Positions 1 through 14,800 of a stretch of DNA of 64,000 nucleotides are shown here, one piece after another. Position 1 is the first letter of the stretch, and each line of letters opens with the position of its first letter. The DNA is from Tubiluchus corallicola (Eukaryota; Animalia; Priapulida), in NCBI GenBank assembly GCA_030141605.1, contig JAQGDQ010000054.1:372001-436000 (forward strand), read 5' to 3'. A program made the translations under genes and the position numbers. The notes beneath the pieces were generated by a model. That model saw only the letters and a program-made list of their open reading frames with translations, was not told the origin of the DNA and searched no databases.

Positions 1-3000
1 ACTTCACCAGCATCTAACAAGCTCATTGAGTTGACAAAACTAGTGACATGTAGTAGACAGATGCTTGTAATAACCGCAATTACAATGCGCCCTCAGCATA
101 GAATTGTGTATGCAAAGGCGTGTTGTGGTGGCTGCCTTATCGCATCTCAGAAAATAAACTTGTAAATGAAACAAACAGTTCAATGAATGTTTAGTGAATG
201 CTGAAAACGCATATTATATTATAAAAAACACAGGAACGCCTACGAAAGAATGTGAACGGAACAAATGCGCGAAAAATAAATCGTGTTTACTGCTTGCAGG
301 TAGACCTGGAACTCATTATAAGTCTACATGCTCTAGTTTCAAACGTGACTTGCCAGGAAAACTCTACCTAGAATCTTGCCCGCTGTTACATGACAGACAA
401 CGTTGCAAAAAATTATTGTCATATTATAATACTAATGTCTTACTAGGACGCTAATAGGCGATGAAGAGATTTGCTAATTATGGCAAAATCGTTATTGTCA
501 GCTTTTTTAATTCAACTACTAACGACAATTTTCAAAAACGCGAATCTACTGTAAATTTACTTGCTGTCTCAAATGCCATCGCAATGTTGAAAAACCACAA
601 ATGTAGTGATGATTCCGGGTGGTCTCAAAACACAAAGTAATATGCAATTATTTTATATATTAAATTTATATACCGTACGGAGTTCAGAACTGGTATAAGC
701 TGTGACCCAGCACTCAACAAAATGACACTGACATTAGTGGCAAAAGAAAGCATTTTGTAATAGCCAAATCTGCAAAATTTCCAATTTCTAATTACCAGCT
801 AACATCATTAACTAGTTACACAGCTTATTAAAATGAAAAGCATTTTCTGCTGTAGGTAATCAAGCATTGTGAATTCAATTAAGAGCAAAATGGTAATCTT
901 AAGATAAAAGGCCAAGGCCAGCAAACATTTTCCGGCTAGTGGTACAAACACTGTACAGGTTAAAGCAATTTTCTACTCATGTTACCGTTTCAGTTGCAGA
1001 ATCTTAAGCTTGTGACTTCAACAGCAGTCTAGTTTTATTATTTATTCTATCTAAACACGCATGTAGTTGATATTTATTTACGTTATTTATAGTTAAAGTC
1101 ATTGCTTTAGGTAATGTTGTTGATGCATATTCAAAATATTTGAATAAATCGTTTAGGTTTTGCAAATTATAAATTAACCGGAACATAGTGTTGTATAACT
1201 GTTAGTTGTGATAATAACATTTTTTACTTTACTTCAAAACACTAATATGTCATGTTCCGCAAATATTTGCATGCATTATTTTGTTAAATTCATGTCCTGC
1301 ATGGCAGAAAAGCAATAGTTCAAAATAACACGGACAACGTTTATCGTACAAATAATAAATTTACACGCAGTGTTTGACAGTAGCACATTATTTAGGCTAC
1401 TGTGCTCGCTATACGGCAGTGTTAATTTATACAGGTGAATATAATCATTATTACCGTAGCAGTAAATTTACACAACAGCTTCTAGAAAACAAAAATTCTC
1501 ATTTGATGGCTCACATATCCGTAATTGCGTTTAATGCATCATATTATTCGTAAGTGGCTGAAATTTCTAGCGCAGCCTAGCAGTTTTAAACTTGAAACAG
1601 TAGCTTATGCGTCGAAAAGTCTGCAACTACGCGTTTATGCTCAGTATGAAGAAAGACAATTAAATTATTCTGCCGCTATTATTTATACACCAGGCTGCAA
1701 TATAACGAAATTACGAGGAAAACTTTCTTCGTATGTGTTTAGTAAATCTAACACGTACAGGCGAACATATGCAGCGAATTTCGTGAAATTTTCTGCTAAA
1801 ATAAACAATTCAAATCCAGTAATTTATCCTTCTGAAGCATTACACAATAGTTACTGCTTTTCTGTTTTTGCCAGTGATTCATTCTAGTAAGTTAACTGAG
1901 TTATCTGAATTGCAGCTAACCACATGGGATAACTAGAATAGTTTTGTCAGGCGCTTTGGAAAACAAGCAAGCTTTTCCGGTGATACGGGAGTGACGGGAC
2001 CGATTGACCTTTGACCTAGTAATATTAGCGCCCGCAAACAAGGTTTCACTAGTCCTATTTACACTAGACGCGTCACACCTTTGCATCTTATGTAACCATA
2101 TAAAGGCGGTAGTCAAGGAAAATTGGCTGTGTGACTTTGTTTTGATAATCTCTTTGATTTGAGTATCTTCACACTATTCAATTTCAATCTTTTATAGTGA
2201 GCTGTTTGTTTAAGAAAATTCTGGTGATGACCGATGAAGCACATTGAAACGCTATTTGCCTACGTTTATTTTAAAAGAAAGAATTCATGCAATCTTTTTA
2301 TTAGCGTTGTTATTCAAAGTGTCATTGCAAAAAGTTTAATAAAAACACAAATTAAACAAGTGCGGCTGTCTAGTTAGCAAATCCTTTTCTTAAGCTGCAA
2401 ACAAACAAACAGAGCTACAATGGCGAAAATTACAAGTATACTATACACTGTACTGCATACGTGTAAGGCACTTTAAGCAAAGTTATTTGACAATGTTTAT
2501 AAATGCGAAAATGCGCCCTGCGGCACAGTTAAAAAGCCATAATTGGACGAATTTTAGGGAAGTGCTTACATAAGTGTACATGTAACAGAAGAGTATTGTG
2601 ATTTTATACAACACTATTAACTATTACAGTCACTTTTGAAAATTAATTACAGAAAAGGTCTGCTAGAAATCACATTTTCAAGACAAGATTAACGTGGCTC
2701 TCACGCATCACAAACTATCATAAAATTAATGATAATTTTTGGCATTAGCCACTCTCATACGTACAGGACATGCATGAAGGTTGTAACCTCAGTGAGTACA
2801 CTGTTAATTTTTCAATTGGAATTATGAGACCTCGAGTCATTAATTTGTGTGAGACTCAAGATTACTTTTATATCCATCAAACCAGTTTAATTTTCGAAAA
2901 TGACACCAAATTATTCATCCATTCCAGTCTGAGTATAATAATAAATACGTGCTAACATTCACAAATCTCAAGTGTATTTTGGAAAACGTTCTCACCTTCA

Positions 3001-6000
3001 GACATTGCTAACGAACGGATGGGGTTATCATTTTGTTTGTTACGGATGACGTCATTTCCTTTGCAACAAAAACTTCCGAATTTTCACACATAAAATTCCA
3101 AAGTTCGCCATGACCTCAATAAGTGTATTAGTGAAAAGGTAGTTTTGCTCAATTATTCATATGTAACTACTAAGGTATGTTTAGTTTTTGCAAGTGTTCA
3201 AATTACAATGCTTTACAGAGCGAAATGCGTGAGAATTTATCTCCCCACATGATAACTAGTCAGTTTTGGGTGGCTCATCATCCATTGACCCGTGTTATTA
3301 CCTGACCCATGACTGACTTTATTCACAGAATATTTAAAATTTCCCCTTTTAATAATGCCGTCTTAGAAATTTTCCTGTGGTTTGAAATGTTCTTACGCAA
3401 GTAAATTGGATTTAAATTTGTTTAAAAGACACTATAATTTATTTTTTTCGCTTTTCTTCTGAAAACGGAGCTAAAATTAAATCGATACTTTCTTAACAAT
3501 TAGTAACGAAATGTTTTTAACCTAATGAATATGCTTGGCAGGGATTATTTTCTGCTTAGGCGGATGAATAACAAACGTGAAGAACGAGAAGCAAGTTGCG
3601 TTTTCTGATTAGATTAAAGCTTTTTTGTTATACACGAAATGAGAAGGAGAATTCACCACGCAAACCATGTTTTTTCCTTCAGCAGATTCAGGGCGAGATC
3701 GGAGCCTAGCCGGAGTCATTATCTAGGACAGCCCTGTAGGATGAGCCAGAGATGTCTTAGCCACGTTCGGATGTATTAGAATTATTGAACATTGGAATTA
3801 TAGAGATTTAATGAACAACAGTTAGTGGTGTTATAACTAACTTAATTATCATTTGAAACTTGATCATTAGACTCGCTATTTACTTCCTAAACATTTTTTG
3901 TATACATCTTGCACATTTTAGCATATAAATGTTTGTACGCATTCATTAGTTTGTCTGTATATAACTTTGTACAGTTGCTTTTATTTTTTTAATTGTGTAC
4001 AATATGCATTTATATATGTCATTAATTTCTTTACATTGATTTCACTTTTAATACTGATGTACTGACCCTGTAGCCAGAATTAGTATGGCGAATGAAACCG
4101 CCCAAAGTGAGTATCAAACCAGGCAACCACCAAGCCATCGAAAAGCGCAATCTCGTGGCCAATCGGCAAATTTCCCATGAATTTACACAATCATGCTTAT
4201 AATACTAAAATATCGAACAGACTGACAGAAAGCTGTTTAAGTACCCATACATTCCCAATTCTGAATTTCCCCCATATCAATTAGAACATTATACAATGTG
4301 ACTTTTTAGTTAAGCCTAAAATGTAAATCTTGCCTGCTCTAGCAACACAGACCTATAGAAACTATCATTAGAAGAAGTCATTAAAATAGGTCTTACTTTT
4401 GTAACAATAACAACAACAGCGAAAAAATATCAGAAATACAAACGTATGTTATCAGACATCACTGTAAACACACAGAGCGAGAGTAAAGTTTAAGAAAGTG
4501 CTATTTTTAGATATAGTCAACAACGATATCCAACCATATTGCCCACAAGGTAGAGGACGTGTAGAATTACTGTATATCGATTAATTATTACTGCGCAAAG
4601 TCATTTGCTGTAAAGTTGTAAACAGTCTTTAAATGTTATAAAAAGAAAACACTTTGCTTCTTTAATTTAACGATGGTCTGAAAATTAATGTTCCCGTATA
4701 GGCCTGTTTAAGAAAACCAAGAGAACGCAAATAAATGAATCAAAGCTTGTGGTCAGTAAACAGTTATTTTTATGAAAACTTATTACTGGAAATAACCTAG
4801 GAGTTAATTATTGAGAAACGCTGATAGTTACACCCTTTAATGCACGCATATACAAGTAATAAGGTCAGATTTTGAGCAAAATACGTATTTACTATCTACT
4901 ATTTACACATTTTTTCAAGCAAATACACTGTGTTTTTCAACCTAGCGAAGAAATTCACTAATACATAATTAATATACAGTAACAAGCCATGGAAAGGAAG
5001 ACACTGGGATTCTACACGGCTTCTAATTGCTTATGAAAACGTGCAGTTCTTATTGCTTTTCATTTTTAATAGCTTTGTGCTATTATAAGAAAACTGAAAC
5101 AGTAATGAAAACACATGACCCCTGGCTGCAGTGCCTGAACAATGTATAATGCTGACTAAACATAAATGTAAACGACCATAAACGTGAATTTATGAAGAGA
5201 AAAGCAAAAGCAAAAACACGCCAATATCAAAAGTCTGTTATGGAGTATAAAAACATACAAAAATATGAGTATTTTGTGGCACTTTTTAAGCATCACCTTT
5301 TACAGATTGTCAGTTGCTAATCGCCGCTCGAATGAAATGTTTTATCCCTAATTAATTCAACTTTCTCACCTTTATGATTAATGAAAATATTATTTCTGCA
5401 GTTATAGAGCATCTGTAGTTTCACCACGCACCATTCAATGTTGACGTTCACAGATCAAAGAAAAAGTCTCGGTCTCACTGACAGAATATTTTTCAAATCC
5501 GGAAGAAATGAGACAAAGTAACCGCATTTTGAGCATTTTGCCCGTTTTTGCAAAATTGTACTCCCTAGTTTGAGAGTACTGGAACAAGTCTGAGGTCGAG
5601 CTTGGTAGTTTGTAGTGGCTGCTGCTTATGTGTGAGTACACAATACCTACAAACACCGTTAGAGTAAAAAATAGAAAACAAATATTACTTGTACACAAAA
5701 TTCAGGGACAAAAGTTGAAAATATTTTTGTTTTTTTTACTTTTAATCAAACTCTAATCAATTGCAATCGTCCCATTCCAGAAGTCGCAGTGTTTACTCAC
5801 AAATAAAGTTCAATAATCGTTCATTTTTGAATTTTTGATGGTTTTATCAATTAACGATTACTGACTGTGACTGATCAAGTGACCGAGGATCAACTGACTG
5901 TTTCTCGTCAGCTTTCAACTCGGATTTCCTTTTTTGTCCAACCTCCAACCAAAAACTGTTGAATGACAACCAAACGTCTTCACAGTAAAGTTTGAAAAAA

Positions 6001-9000
6001 TTCTGCAAGGACCACACCTCTGAGAGGTCCTTTAGATCCGTAGAACTGTAGGTCCTTTAGACGCTACAGGAGAGCCGGGATCAAAAGCTAATCGGTTTCA
6101 GATGAAACACTGATGCAGCAGCGACGGTCTTAGCAACGTTTAAAAGTTACACACAAATTATTTATTATGGGTTAATTTCGATTCAGTTCTCTTTAATTGG
6201 CCTACCTAACTTTAGCATTTAGTTATATTGTATCAGGCATCATATCACAGTTTTTGTTAAAAAATAATTATTAGTTTAGTTTATTTCCACTGTGCTATAA
6301 ATAATACATTGTTATATATATTAAAATGCAAGCTATTACTACTACAAAACAAAACACAAACCACATTTTCACCAGATATTGAGACATCGGCTCAGACTAA
6401 GAAGATAGACTTGTACAGGCCAGAGCAGAAGGCAAGCTGTAGAAGGTGCAAAATAAGTAAGAAAAGCGAAATACCAGGGTGATAGCAAGGGTAATGAAAA
6501 GACAATGAAAAGAGAATGGGATGATGGTGAAAATGTAAAGAGAAACAGATCAATCAGCTAAAGTTACAGCAAAACCAGCATGGAGTCATGCCAGGGTCAA
6601 CAGACTTAGCACTTGTACTTTTGAGTTAATACTTCTTGTGCGATATGTGACTAATTAAGACTACTACACCTATACTAAAATGAGTTTATTAGTACCAAAT
6701 TAAAAGGTTCAGGTAATTCAATAATATACAACACTTTGTAATTATTAATCGGTTTGTAAAATGTACTAACGATGGTGTAATGAGCCCAAAACCACACATC
6801 CTGACACAGGAAGCACAGTCAGAAAAGAAAACTAGCTCTGTTACGGCAGTTTTATTTTTGCACGTTAATTACTTACTGCGCTAACAGACGTCGACGGTGT
6901 AAGTACCGTGACTTCAAATAAGTTCAGCTGAAAAATGTAGGGCTCAAGCGCAAACAGCTGTATATACAGTATCATAAATATTTGCTTGAACACATACAGT
7001 AGAACGCTGACGGAAAGAACGAGGTACATGTACTAGCTGCGGACACATAATATATAAGTTTTAAGCCATACATGCAGCTACTTTGTTTTAAAATTAAATC
7101 AATTCAAAGTCTGTCGAATACCTATTACATGAAAATGCTTTTGAAAATTGATTTATAAACGCAATACATTGCTTTTTTGTCCAAACACTTTAGTTTCCAT
7201 ATTTACGCTGTCGCTTTAGAATTTACGTAAAAAAGATAATTTTAGATTTTAGAAAACACAAGGCTAATCTGTTAAGTGCGGCAGAAATAAAAACCGTTAA
7301 TAAGCAGAACAACGTTTTTATAAACAATGGCAATAAAGACAAAACAAAAAGGCGCTCAAAAAAGATACTAAAGAATTACAATAGATAAAAAATCAAATGA
7401 AAAAGACAAGTCAAAAAATCATCAAGAGAAAAAATAAAACGCAAAGCGGTTGCAAGGAATTTATTACTGACAGTGACTTATACCAGTTGGACGACCAGGA
7501 TGAAAATACAATTTTCTGTCAGACTTTAATGATGTAGGCTAATGTGTGCACTGGATAGGATAAAATGCTAATGGAAGGAAGTGAAAATTATGTAAGAACT
7601 TGCTGTTTTTGAAATGAGTTTACTAAAAAATAATGCATTTTCTCCTTTTCTTCGTTATACTGAATTTCTCTTCTTTAGCGTGTTTTAATTGTATTCTCAT
7701 TTTGGTTTCTCCTCCTTTTTAATTTCTAATCACGCGTCCTGTTTACGCTTTTCTTTTCGTTTTAATAAGAGAAATTGTTCACTAGATAACATGTAGCATA
7801 AACTGATAATTTAATTTAACGTAAAGTGCCTAACTGCTGAAGGCACTTTATGAAAACTCGAAAAAGTATAAATCACTGTAGTCGTCGTCATCATCATTAT
7901 CACTATTATGATCATAATTACTGTTGTCGCCATGACGCCACGTTTTTCAGCAACAAGTCAGGGCAAGTACAGGGCATTCCTGAAATGGTCAAAATGTGTG
8001 CTTAACTGCTTAGCGACCAAAGTTAAAGTAAAGTCCTGCCTTAGTCAGTAAGTGGAAGGGTGACCATAAGAAAACCGCAATGACAATGCCAAGATTAATT
8101 AACAGTACTCCAACTACAGCGCAAATCACTTTACTAGAACCGCCTTCCCACTTCTGCTTTTTCCTCTCTTGCTTCTCTCCTTTCCACTATTTTTGTCACT
8201 CGTATTGTGTTTGTGGATGTTTCTCGTCTCTCATCTCTCTATCTATCTCTCCCTCTCTTTCTCTCTCTCCCCAATGGTGATGGCGCATCGAACATTTCAG
8301 AGATTGAGTAAAATACTACAAATCACCACAAATACTTTAGAATGGTGGCGAATCTGTTCAGGAGGGGAATTATGCAAAGGCTAGGACTCTGCTTAATTTT
8401 TTTTTAAAGAGACGTTGTGCACGCATTGATTTCTGAGTTCATAAGCATTCGTTGAGTAAATGGTGCTTCGGCCCATTTGTCTCACGTCCCATTGGACTGC
8501 CCATCTCTTTGTTACTAACTCCATCTATAATTGTTAGAGTACAAATTAATCTTAAGTTTGGGAATGCGAACCATTCTAACTTAATCTAGCTTTCTCTGAC
8601 TTTAAGCTAGCGTCGGTACCTTACATAACATTATTGAAGATCAAGGAATGATGATGAAAGAATATGATCACTGCACTAGTTTCTGTTTCATGGGCGGAAG
8701 CCTTCAGGTAAAAGAGCCTCGTGTATTTAGTAAGGTCACGTTTTAAAGACGCGATCATTTCACGTACGGTGCTCCCATTATGAGCGTCGATTCTTTTTCC
8801 ACCATGACACTATTCATTCATGGACTGAAAAAAAGCCTTCTGTCAATTTCCACCAAAATATAAGCTTTACAAAAAACTTTTACTGGGAATGCTGTATGAC
8901 GCATTTCATTAATTGTTTGCATTGCAAAAACAACAAAGTTTCAACAAAGCATTGATTTAGTGGTAATAGATGCGACTCGACCACATTAAAAATATTCAAA

Positions 9001-11381
9001 ACAGATCAATGGTCATGTAAACACAAACACAGTATTACATACATGTATCTAAGCTACTATAAAAAGTAATTTCTGGTACAAATATAAATGTTTTATGGCC
9101 TACTGCTAAACCATATAGACATCCGCAGTGAAACTAATGACCAGATGAGGCATCAAACAAAGAAACGATGATGATAATGATCCCATCTAATTAAGTCATG
9201 TCAACAATCTAATTACGTCATGTCAAGTGCCCAAATGCTGCTGAGTACTATTGATAAATTTCTGCAAGCACAAAGTCAAACAGATGAACTAAGATGGACG
9301 TAATATTGACTACAGGGCAGGTAGCAGCTACTGAACTTACTACTGTGTAAACCCATTGGACAAGGACTGACTTTTGTGAATCTAGTGCTTTAACGTGTCG
9401 GTACTAAAATCCCTGCTGTTTTGGCAAACACTGGCTTCTCGTACCTCCGCATTGACGTGCACATATTCCTGTTGAAACACCAAAGCGCACCTGCCGAGTT
9501 TGCCATGGGCAGCTTTGTTATTGGCACGTGCCGTAGTAACGCAATCGATATTATTGGCAATTTTATAATTGGATAAGCATGCACAAAAATAAACTTCGCC
9601 AGTTTTGATTTAAATCCATCGAAACGAAAGTTTTGAAATAGCAAAGTTCTGCTACTGCTAATTATGGCCATAAAGATGTTACAATAGTATGCACTAATAA
9701 ATGAAGTTTATTATTTATTTATTAAGAATCTAAGTTAAAGTCTTACGTTAATAATTTAACCTTTAACAACATTAGATTCATTGAAATTTATTACAAAAGC
9801 TAATATAGTGTCACTTTTATGTGGTACTCCAAACCTAGAGCATACACCCGAGGGTTAAATAGTTCCATAAAGGTTAAACCAATAAGCGTATTAAACTATA
9901 AATAATTAAAGTCTGTCAAAGCGTGAATACTCTGCTGGGAGTTGAATCTTCTAAATGCCCGTCGTTTCATCAAAATCTGTAGTACACGTATGTAGATCTA
10001 ACACAATGATCAGCAAAAAACTGTGTGCCACTAATGGTGTCAGATTGGAAAGCCACATTTAAGCTGGAATACGCGAAGCTGTACTTTTTTATTATAAATT
10101 TATAAACGTGCTGTAAGCGCGAAAGTAAGAACCGGTAATAACAAACTTACTTCTTCAGGTAATATGCACAAAGCTATCCCATTATTTCACGCTAAGCTTA
10201 CAGGTACGCGGGAGGGGAGGCATAATCATTTTGAAGAAGACTTCAGGGCGAGACCATAGCGAATCATAAACAAAATTAATAATCAGTATGTAGCAATGAC
10301 AAATGAATAAATGACAATAAAATTATTGTTACACAATGATCTAACGAATACTAGGATTAGCGAACAACGAAACTCGAGCAAAAAATATTAGCCTTCGTAT
10401 AAAAACCAGATGATAAGAACAACAAAAAAATTGGTCACTATAGTCGCCAGGTATTCGCACTAACCCGGCTGTACCGAAAAAATTAGGCTTACAAAATTTT
10501 TACACATAGGAAATGTCCTGGTAACTGTAACCATTAGCAAACCTAGCGAACAAAAGCTAAATTTATGCTGCTTACTATAAGCTATCGGCCTTGGGCGTTT
10601 CGTTGCCAAGTTCAGTAACAGCCTAGCCGGAAGCTTTCTTACAGCAATTTAATGCTAGCACAGATCTCGATCATATAAACAAAACGAAAATTTTCCAAGA
10701 GATGTAAATTCGTGATACACACATTACAGTCTCACATGCAGCCAGTCACACATGCACCCGTATTGCAGCAGCATTTTCAACAAGAAATTACACATAGTAA
10801 CGTTCGTTTGGACATGTAGTCATAAACTTATACAGAAGTAAAAAAACACGTTGTGAAAACACTTCAACAGGTTACTTAACACTTTATAATCATGATCACA
10901 GTTTTTCATAGTTCTCGCTCTATTTCATCTTTCATTCATTATCCCCCCTCCCCCACATCTATGTATATATTATCATTATCTCAATTATTAATCCTTCCTT
11001 TAAGATTTCCACGTACAGTTTGGCCTGTCAAGCTATGCTTGCTTTTAGGCTCAAAGTGTATGTATCAAAATTATTCTGTAATGTAATTTGCACGTGTATA
11101 CGATGCGAAAGACTCTTTTTTGTAATTTCTGGACTATATACTGCATTTGTATTTATGTTTACTTTAGTAGATAATTATCTGTATTTTAATGATAACTGTA
11201 AGATGCAGTGTGGAAATAAATAAAACTTATGAACTTATTCACCAATGCTGATCTCTGAAGATGCTTATTATCGTTACTCATTAAATATTTTTGTAAGTAT
11301 TAGGCCTATTAAGGATTAATTTTATTTCTTACAGAGGTTTCTCTCGGTCACAATTATAATTTATGGAAACTGTCTACTTAC

Positions 11382-11792
11382 ATAAGTAATCATTGGAATG
11401 TTCCAAGCTGTTGCAACATAAGCTTCAGCATAACACCTATCTTCTGGTCCAATGATAGCTGTCACACCTGGCATTGTAGTTTCACAAGGACCTTTTCCCG
11501 AAGAGCATTCACCAAAATACAAGTCTGTCATTTGTGCAACGCTCTTGATGCTTTCTCCGGCTTCTAGTTTACTGAAGGTCCAATTTAGTGTATGTTCACC
11601 TCCAGCAATAGGATAATTTCGATTCACATCGTCCACTGCCAACACAACGGCACCAGCCATCATTTTGGCTTCTTTGGCAAAGTTTCCTACGAATCCTATC
11701 TTGAATTCGTAGCCATTGCATTTAATACATACGCACAAAATTAACAAAAATATTGATCTACATTTTAGACAAGCCACTTTAGAAAAGTCCAT
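11382..11792 (-). CDS. Receptor-type (membrane) guanylyl cyclase, natriuretic-peptide-receptor-like; first coding exon (signal peptide plus start of ANF-receptor ligand-binding domain); partial
   Basis: ATG at 11792, hydrophobic signal peptide (SIFLLILCVCIKCNG), then family motifs AGAVVLAVDDVN, GVTAIIGPEDRC and EAYVATAWNIPMITY, ending in a phase-0 GTAAGT donor at 11381. I found no convincing exon 2 (expected SDK.YPTF.RT-like) in 1-11381, so the rest probably lies left of the window. Confidence 0.85.
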
Positions 11793-13834
11793 TGTTACTA
11801 AAATACTGCTAATTTTCGCTTGTCCTACTTCAAGTAATCATTTTATTTGTTGCAGTGCATTTATTTTTACTGAACATTGTATTAATGTCCCAATTACACT
11901 GCCTATAAACTACTGCAACACTTATTTAAATCATCTTGAACTTTCACCGCTGGACGTTCCGGGTAACCCAGCGCACAGGCAAGATTTTGTAAACAAGACC
12001 ATGCGAGGGCGAGGCCATCTTGGTTTTCGGTGCTAGCGATACTAACAGACAAAACTAAGTTTCAACGTACAAGATCCTCGATTGCAAGTTATTAGAGCTC
12101 CACGCAGGTATCGAATCCGTCACTCCCATACGCGCACGTGACGCATGCCTTGCGAAATTACTGATTCACCGTCGTTTACACAATGTGAGATAGATTTTAC
12201 ACTTCCTGTAAGCGATTACAGATAAAAATATTCAAACGAGTTACAAATTTAATATTAAAGACTTGCTACATTAATAACACCGATGCAACCAACACGCGGT
12301 GTCGATTCTGCATTTTACACTCACTACATGACTTTCTTTCTTACTAACTTCAGATTAATATTATGGGTAAAATATGTCCGCGATTTTTCTGCTTTCAGTT
12401 TTAGTACAGCACTACGCTTATACAGTACGCTGTGCGCGGTAGCACTTGTTGTGGCCTTATCGCTCCAATGATCCCGAGGGGGGAGCTGGGTGCAGATTAG
12501 ACGTGCTACCAAAATAACACTGCTACGTGTTTGCTGCTTAGAAGTGTGCTCAATATGGTATCTTGGTGTCCTGGAGCCATCTCAAAATGACCAATTTGCC
12601 ATCTTGTCGAATTTAAATGAATAGCTCAAATGACCCTTTTACTTGCTACGAGAATTGTAAAATACTTTGGTAAAAACGATGTGCTTATCGATAATTCACT
12701 TTGATATTAAATGAGAGCACTTTGATATCTATTCTTTAATAACCCTCAGAGTGACGCATTCCTCCACTCAATACTCGCCAAATTCTACGAAGTTCTATTA
12801 GCTTAGCTTACCAGTGTCATTGGTCACCGAAAATAACAATGCGCATTCTATTTCAGAGAATCTAGCGCACGTTTCATTAAACGCCTATTGGATTAGCATT
12901 TGAATTAGCAGATATCTTTTATTTTAGAATTCTGCCTGCCCAATGTCTACAATAGACGTGACGGACGTATGATGATGATGGATTAGCATTATAGAGTAAT
13001 TCGTATTAGGCCTTGACAGTTAACATGCGTGGCCTAACGTTAAGTATTCTTTATTATAATAATTTTGTTTAAAGCATCCTGTGATGCTTAATTTGCTGTT
13101 TTAAGCTTCCCATTGGTCTCCTAAACTCTCTTGCCGCCGGAATACGAGAGAAACAATAAATTTTGCAAGTTGTTTTGAAGCCTCATTCTTGGAAACGAAA
13201 GTAGGTAGCGTCGCTAGAGGCTTGCTTGTCGAACACCATCATCCTTTACAAGTTTATACTCATTGTATTACGTAATTTACGTTAATTATGATTTGCACAG
13301 TATACCTACAGTACGAATAATATGAGACTGTCTCTAAAACTATAACAAACTACAAAGTGAGTTTAAGTGGGTGTGGTTAATTCACAGTTTAAATTATGAA
13401 AAAATACACATTACGTAGAGAAAAAGAAAACCTGGAAAACGTTTAAAATTGCCAGGGCAAACTCTCTATACAAAGCGTATGGATTGGTAATAAAGACAAT
13501 GTAAAAAACATAAAGGTAGATTTTAAAAAATAAAAGTTAAGAAGCTAATAGACAGAAAAGCAGAAGAAAAAAGTTATGGACAATAATCATTAATTAGTAA
13601 TGACAACGAAGACAATGGCAAAAAGGCAAATGCAAAAGACAGCAAGTAATAAGTAAAAAAAAGACAAAGATGCAGAATAAAAAAAATGCAGAATAATTAA
13701 AAGTGCAGAATAAAAAGAAGTAGATACAACAAACCTATGAAAAACAGCAGGTATAAAAGAGAAAAAACTTTAATGTCAACAATAAAAAAGGTATTGCAAA
13801 GAATTCACTTTAATTTTTACAGTAAGAAACTAAC

Positions 13835-13835
<1 letters not shown>

Positions 13836-13866
<31 letters not shown>
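13836..13866. repeat. (TAAG)n microsatellite
   Basis: About 7-8 perfect units. Confidence 0.9.
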
Positions 13867-14800
13867 TTTGCTTAGTTTTCGTACTATTAGTTTACATTCA
13901 TAGACTACAAATGTAGACTAGAGTTCGACGCAGCAGCCAGGACGACGCTTACTGTTGCAGAAGCATTGGCAGGTGTCTAATAGGTTGAAAAAAATAGCTA
14001 TTGGTTTGTAGATACAAAATATGTTCATTTCATTTACAACTGGTTATTTTCATGCTAGATAATTCTATATTAAAATATCAAAATTTAGGATTTTAATATT
14101 TAAAAATTACTTACACGCTGCACGACTGGCTGTGTGGCGAATTGTTTTTAACTTTTAATAATTTTAAACTTAATAATTGTTCTTTATACACTTTTTAAAT
14201 CTTGTTAGACTTTTAATTGTGTCTTGTTAAATCATGGTTTTTTTGCCAAAAGTTATAACTTGGACTTCTTGCATTTATATATTATTTCTATATTACGAAT
14301 ACTATACGTTATATAGAGTACAATATTAATAAGTATAAATATAAATAAGTATATTAATTTGCACTTATTTCGAAATCACACAGGCTAGGACAGCTTAGAA
14401 ATTTTTCAGGACAAACTTTCTGCTTCGCCCCTTCGGGAAACTTCCTCTCGCGTGTGCACCTATGTTCATAATTAAGTTTCACAATCTAATGAACGCCTGA
14501 ATGACCAATTGAAATGCTCAATGCCAGGCATTTTCTGAAACGTGAATATGTATAATTAGAGCGGTGTGGGAAAACGCAGCAATTTCCAGATAAAGACATT
14601 CGACGCATTTATTTGTATTAATCTGGCTCTTTATATGCGCGTTTCGCGTTTTGAATTTCAAATTCAAGAGAACAATAGATAATAGTGTTCTATACTTCTT
14701 GGGGTTCTGGAGCATAATTTAAAACAGAGATGAGTGAAAGTTTATAACGTCACACAATAAGCTATTGGCTGAAATGAAACAAGCATACAACGACGAGAAT

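Noticed and set aside
194-11223. Short ORFs in the first 11 kb, for example 1525-1887, 5435-5698 and 9390-9671
   Set aside because: No recognisable domains, mostly non-ATG starts, and none splices in frame with the cyclase exon.
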